DNA of 49,524 nt from Promethearchaeota archaeon. Its GTDB lineage: Archaea; Asgardarchaeota; Lokiarchaeia; Sigyniarchaeales; SOKP01. The stretch spans positions 42,632 to 92,155 of the forward strand of contig JAHPZI010000020.1 in the NCBI GenBank assembly GCA_019058295.1. Reading direction: 5' to 3'. The stretch's first letter is position 1; the number at the start of each line of letters is the position of its first letter. This document shows, piece by piece, positions 29,401-38,981 of this stretch. A program made the translations under genes and the position numbers. The notes under the pieces are model-generated. The model made no database searches and had not been told where the DNA came from. It saw only the letters and a program-made list of their open reading frames with translations.

Positions 29401-30537
29401 TTATTTATTCGCTTCTAATATTTCCATAAAAGCTTCTACTCGAGTTTTCATGGCCCCAGCACCGCTCAATACATATTCTCTTTCTAATTCAAGAAATGGT
29501 ATACCTTCGTCCTTTAATTTATTACGGAGCATAAAAATTTCAGCCCACCAAAGAATACAGAATTTTATTCTTTGAAAAATTACTCCATCAACATTAAATT
29601 CTTTAATGAGTTTCATCATGAAATCTACTCTTTCCGGATATTTACCAGCCATGCGTGGACATGCGATTTTTGATAAATAACGCTCTCCAATTGCATCCAT
29701 AGGATTCTTATTCTCATCAATTAAATCCCAAAAATATCTTGTTCCAAGACATTGTGAGTCTACAACGACTAATCCTCCTAGATCTTCTATGACTTTTAAA
29801 TATTCAGGATCATCAAGCATGCTTCCGACTATCATTATCCTAGCTCTATAGTCAGAAATACCCTCTTTTTCCTTAAGTTCCTGAAGTTGTTGGCTTAATA
29901 GGTAATTAAATTGATCTCTAGGCATAGACATTCCTGCGGATATAATATTTAGCATCTCGGTTCCAGTAATAGGTGGATTATCGTGCTTTCTAAGATTATA
30001 TATTTCTTTAAGTAATTCTCGAGATTTGTTGTAAACTCGAATCGCTTTTTTGAGCTTTTCATCGGAAATACTAACCTTAAAATTTTTTTCTAAGCTTTCT
30101 TTAAATTTAGATATTTCGTGTTTGAACCATTCATGTGTAGTATCACTCACACAGCCAGGTACTCCGATTATATAATGATAAGGAAATGGTGCTTTGAATC
30201 TTATATTGTCATAAAGACGTCGAATTTGATCGCAGCTATTACATGATACTATACCATCAAGAAAATCATATTGGTTTTGATTTGCCAGCTCTAAACAACA
30301 TCTGGTAAAACTACACGCTGTTGGAGTCATATATGCATCTCCCATGGGTGTATCACCTGCAGAACAAGTTCTAGCTCTCACTCTAACAGGTAAAATATCC
30401 GCAGCATAGATAATTTCTTCAGGGATATATGTACAAAAATACCCCAAAACATTTTTTCCCTCATTTCTCCAGTTATTAATCCAAGGATTTGCAAGCGGAA
30501 TTGCTTGAGATAGTTTTTCCATAACAGTCATAAACAA
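29401..30537 (-). CDS. 2-hydroxyacyl-CoA dehydratase/benzoyl-CoA reductase family subunit, beta-type (HgdB/BcrC/BzdN-like)
   Basis: GYFCTYIPEEIIYAA, ACSF, SCDQ, CLGTR, CPRM, KFC, KTRVEAFME. Confidence 0.85.
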   Translation of the reverse strand: MFMTVMEKLSQAIPLANPWINNWRNEGKNVLGYFCTYIPEEIIYAADILPVRVRARTCSAGDTPMGDAYMTPTACSFTRCCLELANQNQYDFLDGIVSCNSCDQIRRLYDNIRFKAPFPYHYIIGVPGCVSDTTHEWFKHEISKFKESLEKNFKVSISDEKLKKAIRVYNKSRELLKEIYNLRKHDNPPITGTEMLNIISAGMSMPRDQFNYLLSQQLQELKEKEGISDYRARIMIVGSMLDDPEYLKVIEDLGGLVVVDSQCLGTRYFWDLIDENKNPMDAIGERYLSKIACPRMAGKYPERVDFMMKLIKEFNVDGVIFQRIKFCILWWAEIFMLRNKLKDEGIPFLELEREYVLSGAGAMKTRVEAFMEILEANK

Positions 30538-30774
30538 ATCTCTTATTTATTTCATAGGTGAATCCAAATAATTTTCATACTTTAGAAATCATCGGACTCT
30601 ATCATATTTGGAATTTTAATAAATAATTATGCTAATTCCCTTTAAAAATATATCTGTATTTTCTATATCTCCAAATATTTCCTAAAATGAAAAATTTTAA
30701 AAAAAAAGCATTTCGAGCAGTTCTTTCTAGTTTAGGTGTAGTTGGTACAATTCCATAAGATAAAATTGAACCCT

Positions 30775-32106
30775 TTATAGTACTACTTGTTCAATAAATT
30801 CTGAAATTTTCCCTCTGATTGCTTCTGAGGGCACCTCTCTTGAATCGTAAGGATCGCAACCAAAAATCAACGCAGGAATTCCTGTTTCTTCTCTCACTAT
30901 TTCTGAAGTAATTCGTGCCATTGCATAAGCGTGCTTACAAGCATATTGCATTGGAAATATAATACAATCAAGCTTATAATCCCTAACATAGTCTAAACAA
31001 TAATCTATATAATATTCAACGGGTCCACGACAACTTCCTATCATTGAATATTCTAAGGTACCCTTTGCTAAACTTTCATAACATTCTTCTAAATTTGTTA
31101 TATTTTGGGGTCTTACTTGGTAATATCCCAATATATCCATTATAGTAACTGCATTATAAGTCTCTTCTAACCAATTAAATAGGTTGGGTCCTTCAAAGAA
31201 CACGTGAGTGTAGGGCCACCCAATCCTAATTTTTTCGTCTTCCACAGCCCCTATCCCTTCTTTGACCATTTCTGCAGTCTTATCTCTGGTATATTTAGTA
31301 ACTTCGACAGCATCAGCTGTACCACCGATATTTGTCATAAAAAACCAATTCCAAAATCCTGTCATACTTGGGGCAGGGCAAGGTATTGTTTTAAGAAGTT
31401 CATTAAACTCCATTATATATCCTCGAGCCTCATTAAGTCGGAGCATCGTTTGTTGAAATTTTTCAATATTAAATTTTTGATTCGTTTCTTTTTCTAGCCA
31501 CTCAATAAATTCCTTTGATTGAGTTATAATGTAGTCCATAATTGTCTCATCATAAAATTCACTATCTTGTTCACATGCCCAGTAGGGGATGTCCATATTA
31601 TATGTTGGAACTCCAGTCAAACTTTCAAAAACCTGATAATTTATTGAAAGGGAATTACACGGAGTCGATAGAAAGAAGAGAAGATCTGGAACAGGTGCCG
31701 CCCCCTGCAGAAAAGCACCGATTAATGGTCTACTTGCGTTACAAAGAGTTGGATTATCCCCATACCCAACATTATTAGAGAAATCAAGGTATGGCTCGTT
31801 CATATGGAAAGGAGCTAAGCCCACGCTAAACAACTCTTGCATGAGAGGTTGTAAATTCATGGTATGGAATAGTTCAGGTCCATAATTGAATGGATGCATG
31901 ATAATGGATCTTCCTTCCTTTCGCGCCTTACCAATACTAAGAAATATTTTTAAAATTGTTTCCATGGGTTCTATAAATTGGTCTTGTGATTTCATTAGGT
32001 TAAGCATTCCATTGTACATACCTTTAATTAAGAGAAATTCCTTTCCCCAACTTCCTCTACCCAATTTTTTATATTTTTGATAAAATTCTTCTTCCAATTT
32101 TTTCAC
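30775..32106 (-). CDS. HGD-D family subunit, alpha-type paralog 2; probable start TTG 32097
   Basis: Collinear with 28065-29390; same Cys motifs. Confidence 0.8.
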   Translation of the reverse strand: MKKLEEEFYQKYKKLGRGSWGKEFLLIKGMYNGMLNLMKSQDQFIEPMETILKIFLSIGKARKEGRSIIMHPFNYGPELFHTMNLQPLMQELFSVGLAPFHMNEPYLDFSNNVGYGDNPTLCNASRPLIGAFLQGAAPVPDLLFFLSTPCNSLSINYQVFESLTGVPTYNMDIPYWACEQDSEFYDETIMDYIITQSKEFIEWLEKETNQKFNIEKFQQTMLRLNEARGYIMEFNELLKTIPCPAPSMTGFWNWFFMTNIGGTADAVEVTKYTRDKTAEMVKEGIGAVEDEKIRIGWPYTHVFFEGPNLFNWLEETYNAVTIMDILGYYQVRPQNITNLEECYESLAKGTLEYSMIGSCRGPVEYYIDYCLDYVRDYKLDCIIFPMQYACKHAYAMARITSEIVREETGIPALIFGCDPYDSREVPSEAIRGKISEFIEQVVL

Positions 32107-33224
32107 CTCGCCTCTAATACTTCCATAAATCCTTGAACTCGAGTTTTCATGGCTCCAACACCACTCATCACATATTCTCGTTCCAAATCAAGAAATGGAA
32201 TATTAAGTTCTTTCAATTTCTTACGAATAATGAAAATCTCTCCCCACCAGAGCGCGCAAAACTTCATTCTTTGAAGAATAACTCCATCAACATTGAATTC
32301 TTTAATTAAATCCACAATATGTTCAACCCTATTTGATTGCCTACCAGCCATACGTGGACATGAAACTCTTGACATGTAATAATTGGCAAGCGCATCCATT
32401 GGATTTTTCGTTTCATCAACATTATCCCAGAAATATCTTGGTCCAAGACAATAAGCGTCTGTAACCACCAACCCACCAAGTTCTTCAATTATTTTTACAT
32501 AATCAGGATCATCAAGCATGCTTCCAGCTAACATTATTCTAGCTTTATAATCAGAAATACCTTCTTTTCCATCAATTTCTTGGAGCTGTTGACTTAATAG
32601 TTCATTAAACTGCTCTTTTGGAATTGAAACATTAGTAAGCAGTATATTCATCATATCAGTTCCACTAATGGGAGGTGCTGTGTTTTTTCTAAGCATGTAT
32701 AATTCCTTTAGAAGTGTACGGGATTTATTATATATTTTAATTGCATCTCTGAGTTTATTATCAGAAATATCAACACTAAAATTCTCCTCTAAGGTTTCTT
32801 TAAACTTGGTCAATTCGTGTTTAAACCAATCGATGGTTGTTTCGTTAACATTTCCAGGAACGCTTAAAAAATGATGAAAGGGAGGCGGAGCTTTAAATCT
32901 TATGTTGTCGAAAAGTCTACGTATTTGATCGCACGAATTACAAGAAATCATACCATCAAGAAAGTTGTATTGCTTTCTATTTGCCATCTCAAGGCAGCAA
33001 CGCGTAAAACTACAAGCTGTTTGAGTTAAATATGCGTCTCCCATTGGAGTCTCTGCACAACCTTTTGCTCTGATTCTGATAGGCAGAATATCAGCAGCAT
33101 AAATAATCTCATCAGGAATATATGAACAAAATGTTCCTAAAACTTTTTTTCCTTCTTTTTTCCAACTCTCAATCCAAGGATTCTCAAGCGGGATTGATTG
33201 ATAAAATTTCTCCAATATAGTCAT
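32103..33224 (-). CDS. HGD-D family subunit, beta-type paralog 2
   Basis: GTFCSYIPDEIIYAA, ACSF, SCDQ, CLGPR, CPRM, KFC, KTRVQGFME. Confidence 0.85.
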   Translation of the reverse strand: MTILEKFYQSIPLENPWIESWKKEGKKVLGTFCSYIPDEIIYAADILPIRIRAKGCAETPMGDAYLTQTACSFTRCCLEMANRKQYNFLDGMISCNSCDQIRRLFDNIRFKAPPPFHHFLSVPGNVNETTIDWFKHELTKFKETLEENFSVDISDNKLRDAIKIYNKSRTLLKELYMLRKNTAPPISGTDMMNILLTNVSIPKEQFNELLSQQLQEIDGKEGISDYKARIMLAGSMLDDPDYVKIIEELGGLVVTDAYCLGPRYFWDNVDETKNPMDALANYYMSRVSCPRMAGRQSNRVEHIVDLIKEFNVDGVILQRMKFCALWWGEIFIIRKKLKELNIPFLDLEREYVMSGVGAMKTRVQGFMEVLEAR

Positions 33225-33337
33225 ATACCCATCTCAATCTATTTATTGACTTTATTCTATTAAGATAATTATTTATTTATAAAAGATATATCGATATCTC
33301 TTAAATATATTTACCTTATATCTACTAATTTGGACAT

Positions 33338-34786
33338 TTATAAAACTATATGTGTAAGAAAATCAGAAATCTTACTTTTTAATTCTTCAGAGGTGACTTC
33401 CCTTGAGTCATAGGAGTCAACACCAAAAATCAAGGTTGGTATTCCTGTTTCCTCACGTATAGCTTCTGATGCTATCCTAGCCATAGTGTAAACATGCTTA
33501 CATGCGAAATGCATTGGCATAATTACGCAGTCTATTTTATAATCTTTAACGTAGTCTATGAGATAATTTAAGTAATATTCTAATGGACCTCTACATTTCC
33601 CAACCATTGAAGCATCCAAAGTTCCTAAAGCCAAACTTTTAAAACAATTCTCGATTGTAGATGTATCTTGAGGTAGTACTTTGTAATGTCCTAATAGATC
33701 CATTACGACTACAGCATTAAAAGTTTGTTCTATCCAATTAAGTAGATTAATATCAAAAAAGACATGAGTATAAGGCCACGCAATTCTGATCTTTTCGTCA
33801 GGTACTGCACCTATTCCTTTCTTTACATTTTCTGCGGCTGTATCGCGAAACCATTTAGTAGCTTTAACTGCTTCAGGGCTTCCACCCCGAGCTACCATTG
33901 TTAAAAAAACACCAAAACCAGTTATACTTGGCATAGGACAAGGTACAGCTTTAAGAAGTTCATTAAATTCCAATGTATACTCACGTGCTTCATTAGTAAT
34001 CTCCATTGTTTGTTGAAATTTTTGTTCTTCAAACTTGTGTTTTGTATTATTTTCCAACCAAGTTATGAAATTTTTAGATTGATTGATCATATATTGCATT
34101 GTTTTTTCATCGTAGTACTCACTGGCTTCTTCATATGCCCAATATGGGACATCTATATTATATGATGGGATTCCTGTTAATCCTTGAAAGACTTGATATG
34201 AAGCTGCAAGGGAATTACATGGTGTTGAAAGATAGAAGAGAAGGTCGGGGATTGGTGCTGCTTTTTGCATAGCCATGCTAATAAGAGGTCTTTGAGCGTT
34301 ACATATAGTGGGATTATCTCCATATCCTATATTATTTATGTAATCAATATAAGGTTCATTCATATGAACAAAGGCCAATCCAACACTAAGTATTTCTTGC
34401 ATCAGTGGTGCTAAATTCATAGCAAAAAATAATTCAGGTTCATAATTAAAAGGATGCATAATTACAGGAATTCCTTCTTTTCGAGCTTTTGGTATCTCCA
34501 GAAAAGCATTGAGTAGCATTTCGATAAACGGATTTAATTCTTCGCTTTTACCTGGGTTAAGAAAACCTCTTTCGCTCTTCGCCATACCAAGAAAACCTTT
34601 ATACATAGTTTTCCATATAGCAAGATCTTTTCCCCAATTTCCTCTACCGAGTTTTGTATATTTGTCTAATAATTCTTTATCCATTATTTCACACGATTGT
34701 AATAATTTTAATAAACTTTGGACCAAAATACTTAAATTATTTTTTATAAATTTAAAATCCGCAGTTTGAATGAATTCATTAACCAA
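33338..34786 (-). CDS. HGD-D family subunit, alpha-type paralog 3; probable start ATG 34684
   Basis: MDKELLDKYTKLGRG aligns with the starts of the other two alpha paralogs; ICN, TPCN, ACKH. Confidence 0.8.
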   Translation of the reverse strand: MVNEFIQTADFKFIKNNLSILVQSLLKLLQSCEIMDKELLDKYTKLGRGNWGKDLAIWKTMYKGFLGMAKSERGFLNPGKSEELNPFIEMLLNAFLEIPKARKEGIPVIMHPFNYEPELFFAMNLAPLMQEILSVGLAFVHMNEPYIDYINNIGYGDNPTICNAQRPLISMAMQKAAPIPDLLFYLSTPCNSLAASYQVFQGLTGIPSYNIDVPYWAYEEASEYYDEKTMQYMINQSKNFITWLENNTKHKFEEQKFQQTMEITNEAREYTLEFNELLKAVPCPMPSITGFGVFLTMVARGGSPEAVKATKWFRDTAAENVKKGIGAVPDEKIRIAWPYTHVFFDINLLNWIEQTFNAVVVMDLLGHYKVLPQDTSTIENCFKSLALGTLDASMVGKCRGPLEYYLNYLIDYVKDYKIDCVIMPMHFACKHVYTMARIASEAIREETGIPTLIFGVDSYDSREVTSEELKSKISDFLTHIVL

Positions 34787-34908
34787 TTTTACTATTTATT
34801 ACAAAATATAATTATAATTAATTGATTAAGTTTTAATAGATTTCGATTGTAAATTAAAAGAAAAAATAAATTTGTAGCCGTAAAAGAATTTTTTATAACA
34901 ATATTTCT

Positions 34909-35691
34909 CTAACTCATAATAATGTTTTTATAACAATTACAGCAAAAAAACTGTAGATATGGGCTTTTCCATAACTCTAATAATCTTTCTTCACTTGTAT
35001 TTGTATTTGAGTCGCAAAATTCGTAAAAATATAAATTGTTGCCGCATTTCCAACATTTTCTAATTTTCTTTACGTCAGGTTCAATATTTGGTTCTTTTAT
35101 TCTTTTTTTTATATCTCCTTTAAACGTTTCAAAATGATCCTCACTTATTAAGCCTTTATTATACAAGGCTGTTCCAGTTGCAAATTCAAATAAAACTTCT
35201 AAGTTATGATTATTTCTCGCAGAGGTCTCAATAAATCCACAAAAACCATGATCTTCTACTACTGAGGATAAATATCCACGATTAATGGTATGCAAATAAA
35301 ATAGATCTGTTTTATTTCCTACTAAAATAATTTGTTCTGGTCCTACGTTAGCTTCCTTGGCTATATTCATAAAGTATTCAATTTTATCTAAAGTATTTAG
35401 TCGCGTGAGATCTATAACTAGTAGAATGCAATTTGCACCTTTATAGGCTGTTGGTCGCAGAAATTTAAATCGCTCCGCCCCGACTATGTCCCAAAATTGG
35501 GCTCTAACGTTTCGATCGAATAAATGATTATATTCTTTAGTAAAAAAATCAATTCCTATTGTAATTTTAGTTTTAGGGTCAAAGGTGCCATATTCAAACT
35601 TTTTAAGCATAGTAGTCTTTCCTACTGCTCCCATACCATCGACAACTATCTTAACAATAGAATCTTTGAGATAGCTATTTATTTTTTGCAC
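34909..35691 (-). CDS. Rab/Ras-like small GTPase with C-terminal Cys-rich (putative Zn-binding) domain
   Basis: G1 GMGAVGKT, G2 TIG, G3 WDIVG, G4 NKTD, G5 ETSAR; tail CWKC...FFCCNC. Confidence 0.88.
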   Translation of the reverse strand: MQKINSYLKDSIVKIVVDGMGAVGKTTMLKKFEYGTFDPKTKITIGIDFFTKEYNHLFDRNVRAQFWDIVGAERFKFLRPTAYKGANCILLVIDLTRLNTLDKIEYFMNIAKEANVGPEQIILVGNKTDLFYLHTINRGYLSSVVEDHGFCGFIETSARNNHNLEVLFEFATGTALYNKGLISEDHFETFKGDIKKRIKEPNIEPDVKKIRKCWKCGNNLYFYEFCDSNTNTSEERLLELWKSPYLQFFCCNCYKNIIMS

Positions 35692-35964
35692 CTCCTATGA
35701 TTTTTAAACCCCAATAATTTATTGTGATTTTTTTTGAAAAATATAATTTTTCAATCATACTAATAATAAAGTCTAAATTTTTAAATCTGTCTATATTTCT
35801 AAATAATACTCTCCTCTGAAATATAATTATTATTTTGATTATATTTGGGCGATTACCATCCCAACCATGATGAATTTCAATTTTATCGAAAAGAATAAGA
35901 AGCTCTTTAATGAACGTAAAGCTAAATTAAAAGCGATCCTAAATAAGTATTAGTTACTTTTTTC

Positions 35965-36813
35965 TTAAATTCCAAAAGCAGGAAAGTAATAATCTGAAAG
36001 CACAGAAAGATCAAATTCAAAATAATGCTTAATTATATCAAGTAAAAATTCGAGATATCCAAAATCAATTTTAATACCACGTATTTCTACTAATTTATCT
36101 ATTAATTTTTTTTTTCCTAGTTTTTCTTCTCCATCATAAGTCTTTATTATGTCCATTATTTGGTTAGAAAGGTCATAACTTTTTTGGATTTCATTCTTCA
36201 AAATGATTAAGCTTGATTTAGGATTATATTCTCCATAAAACTTCTGGATAATCTTTCTCTCGATCTTAATCTTTTTTGGTTCTAATATCTTATTTTTATC
36301 TTTAAGGATTTTATGTCCTTCAAGAACTAAGTGATTCTTATATTTTTTCTTGTTTTTCTTATATTCGAAAATATTTTCCGTAAGAATTTCGTAATCAAAT
36401 GAGTTTTGAAAGATAAAATTGAATAGATTCTTAATATGTTTATCTAAGTATTCTTCATTATGGAGTATTAAAACAGGTAATTTGAAAAAGCAACCTCTTA
36501 ATATTGATGATAGTTGGAGAGCATTTAGATTAATTTTAATAATATCAACATCTAAAACATCCTGGTCAGGAATCTCTTTTTCTTCAATTTGCTCTGTTGC
36601 CATGGTTGGAAGCTCAATTTGGAAATCAGTTATGAAACAATCTCTCACATCCATATTCTTGTCGATATAGGCAACGAAAGAATGAGAGCACATTTGATTA
36701 TTTGAGACATTTATGGCAGTGACTCCACGGCTACTTTGATTAATGATCTTATCCTCTAATTCTATAAATCCAACCTTAGTACAAGCAGGACATCGAATTT
36801 CTACTTTAACCAT
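35965..36813 (-). CDS. Lokiarchaeal-type hypothetical protein with N-terminal Zn ribbon
   Basis: CPAC...CSHSF.AY.DKN..VRD N-terminus of a type I recall from Lokiarchaeia; long clean ORF. Confidence 0.65.
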   Translation of the reverse strand: MVKVEIRCPACTKVGFIELEDKIINQSSRGVTAINVSNNQMCSHSFVAYIDKNMDVRDCFITDFQIELPTMATEQIEEKEIPDQDVLDVDIIKINLNALQLSSILRGCFFKLPVLILHNEEYLDKHIKNLFNFIFQNSFDYEILTENIFEYKKNKKKYKNHLVLEGHKILKDKNKILEPKKIKIERKIIQKFYGEYNPKSSLIILKNEIQKSYDLSNQIMDIIKTYDGEEKLGKKKLIDKLVEIRGIKIDFGYLEFLLDIIKHYFEFDLSVLSDYYFPAFGI

Positions 36814-37148
36814 ATTAACTATGAACTTAAATTTTTTGAATTTTGAAGTTTTAATGTTAATATAATATTAGTAGTTTAATGCTATATAAAACCTTATGAT
36901 AGATATTTAAATACACTTATATTAATCTATTGAAAAAATTTAGAGAAGTCCCTAATATGTGAATCCTCTTTTTCATTCTTCTTTTTTTTAAATTTATAAA
37001 TTATTAATTAAATTCACCAAAAAATTACTTATTTTAATAATCTTTATTAAGACATCTTAAATTTATAAAGAGCCTACTAATAAACATAAAATCATATTAT
37101 TACAAAGGAACTCCTAAAAAAATTTTTTAATTAAAGGAGGGATTTATA

Positions 37149-37799
37149 ATGCATCCATTATATGAGGAATTCTTAAAATTACTAGAAAATGAAGATAAAG
37201 AGAAATGCGTTGAGTTTATTATTTTAAAACTTGACAATAAAGAAATAAACGTTCCGACTCTCTATAGCGATATACTTGAGCCTTCACTTAATTTATTTTA
37301 CTGTGATGCTGAAGATGAGAAATTATGCATATGGAAAGAGCATATAAGAACTTCGATAATTGGAACTATAATTGAAATTTGTTATCCATATTTAATAAAA
37401 GAAAAAAAAGAAAGAGGAATTAAATCAAACCAAATAAAAGTTCTTGTTGGATGTCCTGCTGAGGAATTTCATGATGTCGGTGCGAAAATGATTGCTGATT
37501 TCTTCACTTTATATGGATTTGATGCAATTTATGTTGGAGCAAATACACCTCGAACAGAAATTAGAGACGCAATAAATACTTTAAAGCCAAAGATTATTGC
37601 TCTTTCTGTGACTAACTATTTCAATTTGATGGAAGCTGAAAAAGCTATTTCTTTAATTAAGGAACATACAGACTTTGATGGTAAAATTATTGTGGGTGGT
37701 TTGGCTTTTATGAGCAATCCTGAGATTTATAAGAAAATCGGAGCAGATATTTTTGTAGAAAATTATAAAGACATTCAAAAACTTACAGGGGAGGTATAA
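37149..37799 (+). CDS. Stand-alone cobalamin-binding protein (helical cap + B12 Rossmann domain), CarH-like motifs
   Basis: KEH in cap domain, EFHDVG (ExHxxG), VGANTP, ALSV, IIVGG, GAD; GGAGGGGA Shine-Dalgarno. Confidence 0.85.
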   Translation: MHPLYEEFLKLLENEDKEKCVEFIILKLDNKEINVPTLYSDILEPSLNLFYCDAEDEKLCIWKEHIRTSIIGTIIEICYPYLIKEKKERGIKSNQIKVLVGCPAEEFHDVGAKMIADFFTLYGFDAIYVGANTPRTEIRDAINTLKPKIIALSVTNYFNLMEAEKAISLIKEHTDFDGKIIVGGLAFMSNPEIYKKIGADIFVENYKDIQKLTGEV

Positions 37800-37802
37800 A
37801 AA

Positions 37803-38981
37803 TTGAACTTACCATTAAGTATAGCATTAAGATTTTTTAGACGGAGTAAATCACAAACAATATTGATTGTTATTGGAATTTCAATAGGTATTTCCGTTCA
37901 AATATTTGTAGGTTTATTACTTCAAAGTTTGCAAAGTAGTTTATTAAATAATTTTGTTGGAAATTCTTCGCAAATTACTATTGAATCTGATACAGAAAAT
38001 CCATATATAGAAGGCTATGAAGGCATCATAGAGGATCTTGAAGAATTCGATGAATTAACCGGGATTGCAGCAGCAGCGGATAGACCTGCAACCATTCAAG
38101 ATGGATTGAAAACCAGAAATGTTTTATTAAGAGGTTTTAATATAGATGATGCGGATCCTATTTATAATATAGCACCACGAATTTATGAAGGAGAGGAAGC
38201 AAGTGGCGATCTTGAAGCAATTATTGGAAAAGAATTGAATGATGAATTAGATTTGGATACTGATGATACACTTACTATTTTTGGAATAGTTAAAAAAGGA
38301 GAAGATAATATGGCAGTTAATCGCACATTCAAAATTGTTGGTTTTTTTGATTTTGAATCAGAAGGAATCAATAACCAATGGATAATTACTACGATAGAGT
38401 CAGTACAAGAGATGTTTAATATGAATAAGACTGTGACATCAATAGAAATGCAAGTTGAAGAAGATCTTTTGTATGAGGCGGATGAGATTGCTGATGATAT
38501 CGATAAAGAATTAGATTTAGAAGATGATGGCCTTAAAATTTCAAACTGGATTGATGAAAATCAACAGCTTTTAAATGGACTGCAATCCCAAGGGCTTTCA
38601 AGCTTATTCATTCAAGCCTTTGTGCTTATTTCTGTAGTTATCGGTATTTCAAGTGTTCTTGCTATTAGTGTTGTTCAAAAACAACAACAATTGGGAATTT
38701 TAAAAGCCATGGGAATAACTAATCGTTCTGCTAGTCTCATTTTTTTATTTCAAGGATTAATCCTTGGGATATTTGGAGCGATAGGAGGTATAGTTTTGGG
38801 GATCTTCTTTCTCTGGGGATTTACTCAAGCATCTGCAAGCGATTTTATCGTAATTCAATATAATCCAATATTTATATTAGCTTCTGCTGCAATTATTATT
38901 GGATCTTCCGTTTTAGCAGCTGTTAGTCCCGCTATTAAATCATCTAAATTAAATCCAATTGAGGTGATAAGAGGTGGTTGA
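37803..38981 (+). CDS. ABC transporter permease, LolC/E-MacB-FtsX family
   Basis: N-terminal TM, large acidic extracytoplasmic domain, LGILKAMG, three C-terminal TMs, LNPIEVIR. Confidence 0.9.
   Translation: MNLPLSIALRFFRRSKSQTILIVIGISIGISVQIFVGLLLQSLQSSLLNNFVGNSSQITIESDTENPYIEGYEGIIEDLEEFDELTGIAAAADRPATIQDGLKTRNVLLRGFNIDDADPIYNIAPRIYEGEEASGDLEAIIGKELNDELDLDTDDTLTIFGIVKKGEDNMAVNRTFKIVGFFDFESEGINNQWIITTIESVQEMFNMNKTVTSIEMQVEEDLLYEADEIADDIDKELDLEDDGLKISNWIDENQQLLNGLQSQGLSSLFIQAFVLISVVIGISSVLAISVVQKQQQLGILKAMGITNRSASLIFLFQGLILGIFGAIGGIVLGIFFLWGFTQASASDFIVIQYNPIFILASAAIIIGSSVLAAVSPAIKSSKLNPIEVIRGG

Noticed and set aside
10135-32106. Selenocysteine read-through at TGA stops of Fe-S genes (10135, 32103)
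   Set aside because: These TGAs fall at the expected C-termini and overlap the next gene's start or SD; none aligns with a conserved Cys.
34685-34786. N-terminal extension of HGD alpha paralog 3
   Set aside because: Paralog alignment places the start at ATG 34684; the upstream stretch is AT-rich promoter-like sequence.
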